A stretch of DNA of 64,000 nt from an uncultured Halobacteriales archaeon (GTDB taxonomy: Archaea; Halobacteriota; Halobacteria; Halobacteriales; Haloarculaceae): contig CAYRQD010000001.1 of the NCBI GenBank assembly GCA_964426325.1, positions 82,193-146,192 on the forward strand. Reading direction: 5' to 3'. Below, piece by piece: positions 20,347-29,543 of the stretch. The stretch's first letter is position 1; the number at the start of each line of letters is the position of its first letter. The position numbers and the translations under genes are program-made. The notes below the pieces were generated by a model. That model saw only the letters and a program-made list of their open reading frames with translations, was not told where the DNA came from and did not search any database.

Positions 20347-20871
20347 TCACTTGCGGTCGTCGCGCTCGCTCGCAGCCTCAAATCCCAGCTCGGCCTGCTG
20401 GCGCGCTCGCCGGCGCTCCCGTTCGGCGATCGCCTCGGGATCGGGCCCGACTTCGTCGTCGATCCGCCCCCAGGAGTCGTGGACGGTCGCGTGACACCAC
20501 CGACACAGGAAGACGGTGATCTCGTGGCTGTCCGGGCCCGGATAGGAGAGGTGGTGTTCCTCGAGCAGCGGGCGCTCGTCGTCCACGCGAAGCTCCGCGA
20601 GCCCGCACCGTACGCACTCGCGGTCGTGGCCGTGGCTCCGCGAGCGAAAGTGCGGGCAGTCCCGAAACTCCCACCGACCGGTCGCCCCCGACTCGTCCGG
20701 GTCGCCGGCCACCGGGCACCGGTACTCCTCGGCGCGGCGCTCCCGGGCGAACGCCGGGTCCCAGTCACCGTGCTCGACGGCGAACCGACACCGTCCCTCC
20801 GACAAAAAGTCACACCGGTCGACGAACCGGTAAGGATCGTCGACGCCGACGGTCGGCTCGTCTCCGCTCAC
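20347..20871 (-). CDS. Cys/His-rich protein with HNH-like C-terminal motif
   Basis: CVRCG...LLEEHHLSY...EITVFLCRWCHATVH plus additional N-terminal Cys; GTG start. Confidence 0.75.
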   Translation of the reverse strand: MSGDEPTVGVDDPYRFVDRCDFLSEGRCRFAVEHGDWDPAFARERRAEEYRCPVAGDPDESGATGRWEFRDCPHFRSRSHGHDRECVRCGLAELRVDDERPLLEEHHLSYPGPDSHEITVFLCRWCHATVHDSWGRIDDEVGPDPEAIAERERRRARQQAELGFEAASERDDRK

Positions 20872-20912
20872 GCCCTGTCTGCGGGCCTCGCCGGCTTGAG
20901 TCTTCGGCCGCC

Positions 20913-21062
20913 CTACTTCGTCCCGCAGCCGTACACGGTGTGTGACCCCCGATCAACCGACTCGACCGGCTCGGCCGTCTCGTCGGTCTCCTCGAGCTCG
21001 GCTGACTCGGTCGCCGCCGCTCGGCCCCGCGAGTCGTCGTCCGGATCGCGCTCGGTGCTCAC
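20913..21062 (-). CDS. putative small acidic peptide (49 aa) ending GSHTVYGCGTK
   Basis: GAG/GAC/ACC-rich codons from GTG 21062; CTAAGA about 30 nt upstream; a longer ATG start at 21143 is possible. Confidence 0.5.
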   Translation of the reverse strand: MSTERDPDDDSRGRAAATESAELEETDETAEPVESVDRGSHTVYGCGTK

Positions 21063-21358
21063 ACACGTAGATACCTTCTGGGAGTATCTTAGCTCACCGG
21101 CTGGCGTTGATCCCGCGGCGTGACACAACGTACCAGTTGGCATATGTTTCCGCCGCTCGCCTGACCCGCCGTAGGCCGGGTCTGCGGGTGGGCTGTCCGC
21201 CCAGACGGTGTTTCTGATTCTCGTTATTTATGGGGTATTATACTTCCAGGCGGTATTTGTTTCTCGTGATCAACTCACAGTCGATCGTTCGGGAACGTTT
21301 ATATTAGGCGTCCGCGTCAATCACGTGTTACCTGCTCGGTGGCCCGTGGCAAGGAAAA

Positions 21359-24300
21359 ATGACACTCCCAAACGTCCAAGACCGACTCGAGACGCTCGCC
21401 CGTCGTCGTGAGTATCTCGAGACGCTCGCTGAGGGCCCCCGGTGTAAGCGCGACCTGGTCGAGGAGCTCGGCGACTCGCGGTCGACGGTCGACCGCGCGA
21501 TCGGCGAGCTGCTTGAGGCCGGCTTCGTCGAGCAACCCGCCCGGGGGTACGTGCCGACACAGTCGGGGCGGGCCGCCCTCGCCCGGTACCGGTCCTTTCT
21601 CGCCGACGCCGGATCGATCGTCGACGCGCAGCCGGTCGTCGACGCCGTTCCGCCGGAGTACGACCTGCCGGTCGAGCTCGTCGCTGACGCGCGCGTCGTG
21701 CCGGTCGACGGCGAGTACGAGCTGTTCTCCTGGGTGACGCGGCTCGTCCGGGCGGTCGAGGACTGTCGGATCGTCTGGCCGCAACTCGGCGACAGCCGAC
21801 ACGTCAGGCTCTGGCACGACGTGACCGTCCGGGGAGACACCGCGATCGAGCTGCTCGCCTCAGAGGCGGTCCTCGACCGGCTGGGAACGGAGTTTCCCGA
21901 CCTGGGGGCGGATCTCGCGGCTGCCGACTCGTTTAGTGCCCGGACGATCGAGTCGCCGCCGTTCGGTCTCGTGCTCGCCGACGAGCCCGTCGCGCTCGCC
22001 GACTCGGAGGAGTCCGGTACCGACGACTCCGACGATCCGTCCTCGCCCCCGGGTGCGACCGCCGCGGACGCGGGACAGGGAACGGTCCTGGTGCCGGTCT
22101 TCGACGACGAGGCCCCCGGCGTCCTCACCAGCACAGACGACGCGGCCGTTGCCTGGGGACAGACACAGTACGGACAGCTCCGAGCGGAGGGCTCGCCGGG
22201 GGACGATCGGCTCGCGGGGGGCGACGAGACCGGACTCTCGGCGGTCTCGACCGGCCTGCCCGCACAGCTCAGAGAGGACGGGTTCGTCCGCGTCGACGAG
22301 GCGTACTTCGATCGCCGCGAGCCGCTCTCGCCGGCGGCGGCGTGGTGTGCCGGACTCAGGCTTCCGGAGGTGGCGGCGGGATACGCCGTCGAACGGATCA
22401 CCGACGACGGGCGGCGGTACGCCGACACGGTCGCAGACCGCCTCGCCGACGGCGAGAACGTCGCACTCGTCGGGCCGCCCGGGACGGGCAAGAGCACCCT
22501 CTGTCGGCAGGTCGCGTACCGGTGGACCGACCAGGGTACGGTCCTGTACAGAGACGGTGACACCCCCGAGCCGTTCGAGTCGGTCGCGGCGCTGTCGCGC
22601 ACGATCGACCGGGTGCCGACGCCGGTGTTGGTCGTCGTCGAGGACCTGCTCCGACCCGACGCTAGGGCAGCCATCGACCTCGTCGAGCGGACCGCCGGCC
22701 GGGACGAGGTCGCCTTCTTAATCGACGCCCGCGAATCCGAGTGGCACGCCACGAACACGGAACTCGATGTCCGGCGGGACGCGATCCGACAAGAGGCCTT
22801 CGAGGTGCTCGCGATGCCGCGGCTCGACGAGGCTGACGTCCGCCGGTTCGTCGAGCGCGCCGAGTCGCTGCTCGAGACAGATCTCTCGGTCGATCCGGCG
22901 GCGATACTCGCAGATATCCGCGCGACCGACTCGGAAGAGCCCGCCCCCGGGGGCGTACTCCTGTTGCTCAACCGACTCGCCCGGTTCGGCGATCCGCCCG
23001 GCGAGACCGGCAACGCCCTCGACGCGGATGTCGACGCGGTCCGGAACGACCTGGCCGCGGCGGGCGAGACCGCGTTCGCGGCCGGGATCCTCGCGAACGC
23101 CCTCAACGCAGCCGGACTCGAGCTCTACGACGAGCTGGTGTACGCCCTCGCGGTCGCCGACCCGGAGGAATCCGGTACCGACGACCCCGACGACCGGCTC
23201 CGACAGGTCGAGGCGGCGCTCGACAGGCTGCGCGGCCACGTGCTCTTTTCGCGGCCGGACGAGCGGGGCTACCGCGGGATCCATGAGTCCTGGTCGGTCC
23301 GGTTTCTCACGCGGTTGGTTGAAACCGCAGACGAACACCGCGCACGCGAGCGGTTCGGGACGGCCGTCTCGACGCTGCTCGCGCTGGCCGACGAGCCCGC
23401 CAGGTGCGATCGGATCGCGGAGTTGGTCGCCGGGGCGACCCCGGTGCTCGAACAGGCCGCCGCCGACCCGACCGGCTGGGCCGACCGCGTCGCCGAGGCG
23501 CTGTTCGAGGTCGGGGAGACGACTTCCGCCCTGGCTCCGTTGTACGGCAGCACCGAGGCCTCGGGGCCCGCGCTCCCGGCGGCCTGCTCACCCCGGGCAG
23601 AGGGACGCTGCCTGCGGGCTCGCGGCCGGATGCAGACCGTCGCCGGCGCGTACGACCGGGCCGCCGCCGAGTTCGAGCGCCTGCTGGCCCTCGCCGAGGC
23701 CGCGGATTGCGCGTCGCTGGCCGCCGAGGCGATCGCACGGCTCGGTCGGATCGAGCGCGAGCGCGGGGAGTTCGAGGCCGCGACCGAGCGTTTCGAGACC
23801 GCGGTCGAGCGCGCCGGGGCGGCCGACGACCTCCGCATCGAGGCGATGGGGCTCGACGGCCTCGGGACGATCGCACACCGCCGGGGCCAGTACGTCCGCG
23901 CGAGTGAGTACCACGAGCGGGCACTCGCGATCCGCCGGGAGGCCGGCGACCGCCACGGACAGGCCGTCTCGATCCGGCGGCGCGCCGCGGCCATGCGCAT
24001 GCGCGGGGACGCCGACGACGCCCGCGCCGAGTACGAGCGCGCCCTCGAGATCAGCCGCGAGATCGGCGACCGCCGCGAGGAGGCCCAGGCGCTGACCGAT
24101 CTTGGGATCATCGACCACCGGACCGGCGAGCACGACCGCGCCCGGGATCGGTATGAGGCGGCCCTGACCATCCAGCGCGAGATCGGCGACAAGCGCGGAC
24201 GGGCGAAGTCGCTGTACAGCCTCGGCGTGATCGCGCAGAACACGAACGAGACCGACTCGGCTCGGGACCGCTACGAGGCGGCGCTGGGACTGTACCGCGA

Positions 24301-25243
24301 GATCGGCAACGCGCAGTGGGAAGCCCGGACGCTCGACGCACTCGCCTCGCTGAACCGCCGCCAGGGCGCCTACCGGCAGAGCCGCGAGCAGACCGAGCGG
24401 GCCGTCGAGCTCTTCGAGAGCGTCGGGGACGCCCAGGGAAAGGCAACCGCACTCGCCGGTCTCGGGGCGATGGCCTACGAGCGCGGCGCCTACGAGCGGG
24501 CCCGCGAGTACCACGCCGAGCGGCTCTCGCTGGTCCGCGAGACCGATGACCGCCGCGGCGAACTCAACGCGATCTACAGCCTCGGCGTGGTCGCGCTCGC
24601 ACAGGGTGCGCTCTCCGAATCCCGCGAGCGCCTCGAGTCGGCGCTCGCGATCGCACGCGAGCTCGAGGACCCCCAGGAGGCAGCGTGTCTCCGATCGCTC
24701 GCGGCGTTGGCCCGCGAGGAGGGCGATCTCGATCGGGCGGCCGATCGCCTCGCGTCCGCTCGGGGCGTCCTCGACCGGTTCGACGACCCGAACAGGCGCG
24801 GCAAACTCGCCGTCGAGAGCGCGCAGCTGTCACTCGATCGTGGCGAGTTATCCGCCGCCAGAGAGCACGTCGGGACGGCCATGGAGGTGTTCGACGAGTC
24901 CGAGACGGTCTACTGGTACGGTCGCGCCTGCCGGCTCCGCGGAACCGTCGCCGCGGCCGCCGCCCGGGAGGACGAGGCCGATCAGGGGCGTCTCGACGGG
25001 GCACTCGAGGCATGGGACGACGCGGTCGAGGTCTTCGAGTCGATCGACGCTCCCGGGCCGGCGCTGGTCGCGCTCGAACGGCTGGTCGAGGCCACCGCGG
25101 CGGCCGGCCGGACCGACCGGACGCGAGCGTACCGCGAGCAGGCCGCGGGGCTGCTTGAGGCGGCTCCCGCCGAGGTCGCCGACCGCCACCGCGAGTGGAT
25201 CGAGGCCGACCCGGAGACGACCGCCGTCGAGTCGGACGACTGA
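21359..25243 (+). CDS. HTH regulator domain + P-loop NTPase (STAND-like) + TPR repeat protein
   Basis: N-terminal wHTH (KRDLVEELGDSRSTVDRAIGEL), Walker A GPPGTGKS (22472-22495), Walker B VLVVVED, about ten 40-aa TPR units (ALEISREIGDRREEAQALTDLG). Confidence 0.88.
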   Translation: MTLPNVQDRLETLARRREYLETLAEGPRCKRDLVEELGDSRSTVDRAIGELLEAGFVEQPARGYVPTQSGRAALARYRSFLADAGSIVDAQPVVDAVPPEYDLPVELVADARVVPVDGEYELFSWVTRLVRAVEDCRIVWPQLGDSRHVRLWHDVTVRGDTAIELLASEAVLDRLGTEFPDLGADLAAADSFSARTIESPPFGLVLADEPVALADSEESGTDDSDDPSSPPGATAADAGQGTVLVPVFDDEAPGVLTSTDDAAVAWGQTQYGQLRAEGSPGDDRLAGGDETGLSAVSTGLPAQLREDGFVRVDEAYFDRREPLSPAAAWCAGLRLPEVAAGYAVERITDDGRRYADTVADRLADGENVALVGPPGTGKSTLCRQVAYRWTDQGTVLYRDGDTPEPFESVAALSRTIDRVPTPVLVVVEDLLRPDARAAIDLVERTAGRDEVAFLIDARESEWHATNTELDVRRDAIRQEAFEVLAMPRLDEADVRRFVERAESLLETDLSVDPAAILADIRATDSEEPAPGGVLLLLNRLARFGDPPGETGNALDADVDAVRNDLAAAGETAFAAGILANALNAAGLELYDELVYALAVADPEESGTDDPDDRLRQVEAALDRLRGHVLFSRPDERGYRGIHESWSVRFLTRLVETADEHRARERFGTAVSTLLALADEPARCDRIAELVAGATPVLEQAAADPTGWADRVAEALFEVGETTSALAPLYGSTEASGPALPAACSPRAEGRCLRARGRMQTVAGAYDRAAAEFERLLALAEAADCASLAAEAIARLGRIERERGEFEAATERFETAVERAGAADDLRIEAMGLDGLGTIAHRRGQYVRASEYHERALAIRREAGDRHGQAVSIRRRAAAMRMRGDADDARAEYERALEISREIGDRREEAQALTDLGIIDHRTGEHDRARDRYEAALTIQREIGDKRGRAKSLYSLGVIAQNTNETDSARDRYEAALGLYREIGNAQWEARTLDALASLNRRQGAYRQSREQTERAVELFESVGDAQGKATALAGLGAMAYERGAYERAREYHAERLSLVRETDDRRGELNAIYSLGVVALAQGALSESRERLESALAIARELEDPQEAACLRSLAALAREEGDLDRAADRLASARGVLDRFDDPNRRGKLAVESAQLSLDRGELSAAREHVGTAMEVFDESETVYWYGRACRLRGTVAAAAAREDEADQGRLDGALEAWDDAVEVFESIDAPGPALVALERLVEATAAAGRTDRTRAYREQAAGLLEAAPAEVADRHREWIEADPETTAVESDD

Positions 25244-25253
25244 GCCCGCTCCG

Positions 25254-25511
25254 CTACAGCACCGGGTTGAAGACCGCCAGCAGCGTCGGGAGCAGCCCGG
25301 CGGCGACGATCGCCCCGCCGGCTCTCGTCCGTCCCTCGCGGGCGTACAGCTGATAGCCGAAAAACGCCGCCGCGAACCCGAACAGCGGCGCGAAAAACCA
25401 GGCGAAAAACAAAAACAGGACCGCGACGGCCGCGGACATCACGCCGCCGAGGAGATACAGCAGGTCGTCGTCGCCCCACCCGGTCCCCGCGGTTGCGTCG
25501 GATTCGCTCAT
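25254..25511 (-). CDS. small membrane protein
   Basis: 85 aa with 2-3 hydrophobic segments. Confidence 0.7.
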   Translation of the reverse strand: MSESDATAGTGWGDDDLLYLLGGVMSAAVAVLFLFFAWFFAPLFGFAAAFFGYQLYAREGRTRAGGAIVAAGLLPTLLAVFNPVL

Positions 25512-25621
25512 TGCCCGGAGTTACCCGACCCGCCGTGATAAACACTGCGAGCCGACCGCGAGACCGGGTCGACGGCGGGGGAACGCGGACGCTTATCCGG
25601 GATAGCGGCACCACCCGCCCT

Positions 25622-25993
25622 ATGGAGGCAGCGAGAGCGATCCTTCGGGCCGTCGGGGTCGACTCGGTCGCCGACCTGACGGCGCCGGCTTCCTACACCG
25701 TCTCGGTCGAGGGCTACGAGGAGCTGACAGTCGAGAAGATCGCCCCCGGACGGGTGAGCGTCGCCCACCACTACACCCAGCGCGGCGATCTCATCTGCGA
25801 CCCCGAGATCGTCTTCCGGATCGAGGAGGGGACGGGCGCCTGGACGCCGGTGGCCTACACGCACCACCCCGACGTTCACCGCCACGATCCCGCCGGACTG
25901 CCGATCGACGAGTTCGTCAGCCGGTGGAGCGACCGGTTGTACGACCAGGGGTTCGTCGCGGCCGCGGGCGCCTCGGAGGCGGCGAGTGACTGA
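25622..25993 (+). CDS. DUF6908-like protein
   Basis: GYEELTVEKI...VSVAHHYTQRGDLICDPEIVF...WSDRLYDQGF. Confidence 0.75.
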   Translation: MEAARAILRAVGVDSVADLTAPASYTVSVEGYEELTVEKIAPGRVSVAHHYTQRGDLICDPEIVFRIEEGTGAWTPVAYTHHPDVHRHDPAGLPIDEFVSRWSDRLYDQGFVAAAGASEAASD

Positions 25994-26142
25994 CTCCGCC
26001 GACGGGCTCAAGCGCCCTCGGCACGACGTTGTTCTGTGACTCCGACATCCTGCGGTCTCGGCGGCGCGATCGCGCCGGACGCGACGCCCGATCTGAACCG
26101 TCGGCGACCCTTGGGGCGGTCTTGCCCCCGGAGGAGACGGTG

Positions 26143-26778
26143 ATGGCGGTCACGCCGACGACGGTTCGAGAGTACGATCGGACGGCGCCGGGCCCGGACG
26201 CGACCCGGACGGCGGTGTTCGGGCTGGGTTGTTTCTGGGGTCCGGAGGCGTCGTTCGCGGCACTCGATGGCGTGGTCCGGACCGCGGTCGGGTACGCCGG
26301 CGGGGAGCGCCCCGATCCCACCTACCACGATCTGGGCGCACACTCCGAGGTGGTGCGGGTAGCCTACGACCCCGAGACGATCCGGTACCGGGAGCTGCTC
26401 GCACACGCCGCCGACGCCCACGACCTCCACCGCCCCTCCCAGCCCGACAGGCGCCAGTACCACCGGCTCGTGTTGCTCGACTCAGAGCGCCACGCCGAGG
26501 CTCTGGAGGCGTTCATGACCGACCGCGGGCTCGACCGCGATGCCGTCGGCGCCCGGATCGACGAGCTCAAGGAGTTCGTCCCCGCGGAGCCGTACCATCA
26601 GAAGTACAGCCTCCGGGGTAAGCGGTGGGTAACCGATGTCTTCGACGAGGCCGGCTACGGCGACCGGCAGTTTCGCCGGTCGGCGGCGGCCGCGAAGCTC
26701 CACGCACACGTCGCCGGACACGACGTCGACGTTCCGTTCATCCACGCGCGATCCCGCGGGGCGGCAGATCGGCGGTAG
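26143..26778 (+). CDS. msrA: peptide-methionine (S)-S-oxide reductase
   Basis: FGLGCFWG, VGYAGG, HSEVV, AEPYHQKY. Confidence 0.92.
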   Translation: MAVTPTTVREYDRTAPGPDATRTAVFGLGCFWGPEASFAALDGVVRTAVGYAGGERPDPTYHDLGAHSEVVRVAYDPETIRYRELLAHAADAHDLHRPSQPDRRQYHRLVLLDSERHAEALEAFMTDRGLDRDAVGARIDELKEFVPAEPYHQKYSLRGKRWVTDVFDEAGYGDRQFRRSAAAAKLHAHVAGHDVDVPFIHARSRGAADRR

Positions 26779-26817
26779 CCCCGAGCCTTTATTTCGACCG
26801 GCCGCCAAGCTGGTTTA

Positions 26818-27303
26818 ATGCTCTCAGAGGGAGCCCACGCGCCCGAGTTCACCCTGCCCGGCGTGTTCCAGGGCGAGACCGACACGCACCGACTCGGCGA
26901 GTACGCAGCCGACGGCGAGTGGGTGCTGCTCGCGTTCTACGCCTTTGACTTTCATCCGATCTGCACCGCCGGGACCTGCGCGCTCCGGGACACCGAGTTT
27001 CTCCAGTTCGAGGACGATCTTCGGATTCTCGGGATCTCCGGCGATAGCCTCTACGCCCACGAGGCCTACGCCGACCGCCACGGCTTCAACTATCCGTTGC
27101 TGTCGGACACCAGCAGAACGGTCGGGCGAGCCTACGACGTCATCGTCGACCGCGAGGAGGGAATGGCCGACATCCACCGGCGTTCGGTGGCGCTGATCGA
27201 TCCGGACCGGACCGTCCGACTCACCGCCGACACCGACGCCGACCGCCCGCAGGACATCGAGGTCGGCCCGCTGCTTGAGGCGATTCGCAAGGTTCGGTCC
27301 TGA
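26818..27303 (+). CDS. peroxiredoxin (AhpC/TSA, BCP-like)
   Basis: APEFTLP, FYAFDFHPICTAGTC, YPLLSD. Confidence 0.85.
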   Translation: MLSEGAHAPEFTLPGVFQGETDTHRLGEYAADGEWVLLAFYAFDFHPICTAGTCALRDTEFLQFEDDLRILGISGDSLYAHEAYADRHGFNYPLLSDTSRTVGRAYDVIVDREEGMADIHRRSVALIDPDRTVRLTADTDADRPQDIEVGPLLEAIRKVRS

Positions 27304-27426
27304 CGCGTCGTTGCCCCTCGCCCCAGCGTGGTGGCACAGAGGAGCCGCTTACGCCGCCGGCAGCTCGACGGTCCCCTGCCGTCTCCGCGAGTCTTATACT
27401 GCTCGCCGCCGAGCCACGTCGTATCG

Positions 27427-28062
27427 ATGGCAACGAGCGCAGTCGGTGACGCGATCGAGACGTACAGGACGGCCCGCGTCCGGGCGTTCGCGTACCCCCG
27501 CGAGGCGGATCTACTCCACGTGATCGGGCTCGCCGCCCTCGGGGCCGCGCTGACGGGTATCTCGGCTCAGATCTCGATTCCGCTCCCGTTCACCCCGGTG
27601 CCGATCACGCTCCAGACGTTCACAGTGCTGGTGACCGGCGTCGCGCTCGGCACCCGGGTCGGCGGCCTGAGTCAGGTGCTGTACGTCGGCGCGGGTGCCG
27701 GCGGCGTCCCGTGGTTCGAGGGGTTCGGCGCCGGGCTCGGAACGCTCGTCGGTCCGACCGGCGGCTACCTGCTCGGCTTCCCCATCGCGGCCGCGCTCGC
27801 CGGGTACGCCGTCGACCGGTATCCGATCACTCGCCGGTTGCCGGTGCTCGTGCTCGTTCTCGGAGTCGCGAACGCCGTCGTGTTCGTCACCGGGTTGCCC
27901 TGGCTGTACGCCTGGCTGACGCTGGTCAACGGCGAGACGCTCACGCTGTACGAACTCGGGGTTGCCGGACTCTTCCCGTTCGTCCCCGGCGGGGTAGCGA
28001 AGGTGATCGGCGCCGCCGCCGTCGGCGCCGCGATCCTCCCCCGAGAGGACTCCGCCGCCTGA
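27427..28062 (+). CDS. bioY: biotin transporter BioY
   Basis: PFTPVPITLQT, GPTGGYLLGF, PFVPGGVAK. Confidence 0.92.
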   Translation: MATSAVGDAIETYRTARVRAFAYPREADLLHVIGLAALGAALTGISAQISIPLPFTPVPITLQTFTVLVTGVALGTRVGGLSQVLYVGAGAGGVPWFEGFGAGLGTLVGPTGGYLLGFPIAAALAGYAVDRYPITRRLPVLVLVLGVANAVVFVTGLPWLYAWLTLVNGETLTLYELGVAGLFPFVPGGVAKVIGAAAVGAAILPREDSAA

Positions 28063-28066
28063 TCGT

Positions 28067-28525
28067 CTACGAGCTCCCGACTTCCCGCTCGACGTACGCG
28101 ACCGCTCGGTTGGGGTCTACGACGTGTTCGATCCCGTCGAGGGTCTCGACCCGGAGGGTGTCGAGTCCAGCCACCGGTCGGCCGAGTTTCAGCGCGAATC
28201 CCAGCTCGGAGAGCGTTCCGGGACCGCCGTCGACGGCGATCGCCGCCGCGCCGTTGCGAACGACCACGGCGTTTCGGGCCTCCCCCAGTCCGGTCGCGAT
28301 CGCGGTCTCGACGTACTCGTTCGCCCCCGACCGATCCGGCCCCGGGAGGATTCCGATCGTCCGCCCGTTTCGCTCGCTGGCGCCCCGACAGACCGCCTCC
28401 ATCACGCCGCCCCGGCCGCCACAGACGACCGTGTGATCGCGTGCTGCGAGCCGCCGGCCGAGCTCGCGGGCCCGCTCGTACGTTCGATCTCCGACGCTCG
28501 AACCGCCGATGACGCTGACGCGCAT
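28067..28525 (-). CDS. TIGR00725 family Rossmann-fold (LOG-like) protein
   Basis: VSVIGG, VCGGRGGVMEA, GLGEARN, GGPGTLSELGFA. Confidence 0.88.
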   Translation of the reverse strand: MRVSVIGGSSVGDRTYERARELGRRLAARDHTVVCGGRGGVMEAVCRGASERNGRTIGILPGPDRSGANEYVETAIATGLGEARNAVVVRNGAAAIAVDGGPGTLSELGFALKLGRPVAGLDTLRVETLDGIEHVVDPNRAVAYVEREVGSS

Positions 28526-28655
28526 ACCGCCGGTTCCGGCCGCCGGCACTAAGCCCCGCCGCTCCCTGCGGCACGGTCCGTCGGTGATATTTACTTACTG
28601 AGCGTCCGAAAATAACAAAAACGTTCATATAAATCTCGTCTGCGTATGGTATGTA

Positions 28656-29147
28656 ATGTCAGGGGAACCGGCGACATCGGAGGGGCAGGTTGAGCACAGA
28701 GCAGCGACCGACGGTATCCAGCTCATGCAGGGTGAGTCGGTACTCGAGAACCGCCGACCGAGCTGGACGCTGTGGTGGAAACAGATCGCCCTCGCGGTCC
28801 TCGTACTGCTCGCCGGCCTCGCCAGCGGCAGCGAGGGTATCATCGGCGGCGTCGTCATCGCGGGTGCGATCTTCGGCTACGTCGTCTACTCGCGGGCCGA
28901 GTCTCGGTATATCGTCACCGACGAGCGGATCAAGGGCAAGATCGGCGTCCTCTCGAAATCCGAGATGGAGTACCGCATCGCCGATCTCCGGAGTATCGCC
29001 TCCTCGCAGAGCGCGATCGAACGACTGGTCGGCCACGGGACGGTCTCCTTCCGAGCCGGCGCCAACAACGAACTCGTCTGGCACGGCGTCCCGGATTACA
29101 CCGAGGTCACGAACACCGTTCGCGAGCGCCAGCGGGCCTACGAGTGA
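28656..29147 (+). CDS. membrane-anchored bacterial PH domain protein
   Basis: Two TM segments, then RYIVTDERI...G...QSAIERLVGHGTV. Confidence 0.8.
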   Translation: MSGEPATSEGQVEHRAATDGIQLMQGESVLENRRPSWTLWWKQIALAVLVLLAGLASGSEGIIGGVVIAGAIFGYVVYSRAESRYIVTDERIKGKIGVLSKSEMEYRIADLRSIASSQSAIERLVGHGTVSFRAGANNELVWHGVPDYTEVTNTVRERQRAYE

Positions 29148-29150
29148 CCG

Positions 29151-29543
29151 ATGGCCGATAGTCCATCCCTGATCGTCCGCGCGGTCTGGTTCGTGTTCGT
29201 CGGCTGGTGGCTCACCGGGATCGCCCTCACGGTCGCGTGGTTCGCGAACCTCACGATCATCGGGTTACCGTTCGGCATCAAGCTCATCAATAAGGCGCCG
29301 TACACGCTGACGCTCAAACGTTCTGGCGCCAGCGACGAGGTCGACACCGTCGAGATGGGCGGCAGCAGCGGCAACTCGCCGAGCCTCATCGTCCGTGGGG
29401 TGTATTTCGTGTTCGTCGGCTGGTGGGCCAGCGGCCTGTTGATGGTCGTCTCGTATCTGGCCAGCCTGACCGTGATCGGGCTCCCGATCGGGGTCAAGCT
29501 GTTCAACTACCTTCCGTACGTGACCTCGCTGAAGAAGTTCTGA
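29151..29543 (+). CDS. YccF domain membrane protein (two tandem domains)
   Basis: Two copies of SPSLIVRxVxFVFVGWW...LTxIGLPxGxKLxN. Confidence 0.85.
   Translation: MADSPSLIVRAVWFVFVGWWLTGIALTVAWFANLTIIGLPFGIKLINKAPYTLTLKRSGASDEVDTVEMGGSSGNSPSLIVRGVYFVFVGWWASGLLMVVSYLASLTVIGLPIGVKLFNYLPYVTSLKKF

Noticed and set aside
21208..21411. 67-aa hydrophobic-start ORF overlapping the TPR gene start
   Set aside because: AT-rich promoter-like DNA with atypical codons; more likely regulatory than coding
29151..29543. Internal duplication in the YccF protein
   Set aside because: Two tandem YccF domains are the normal architecture
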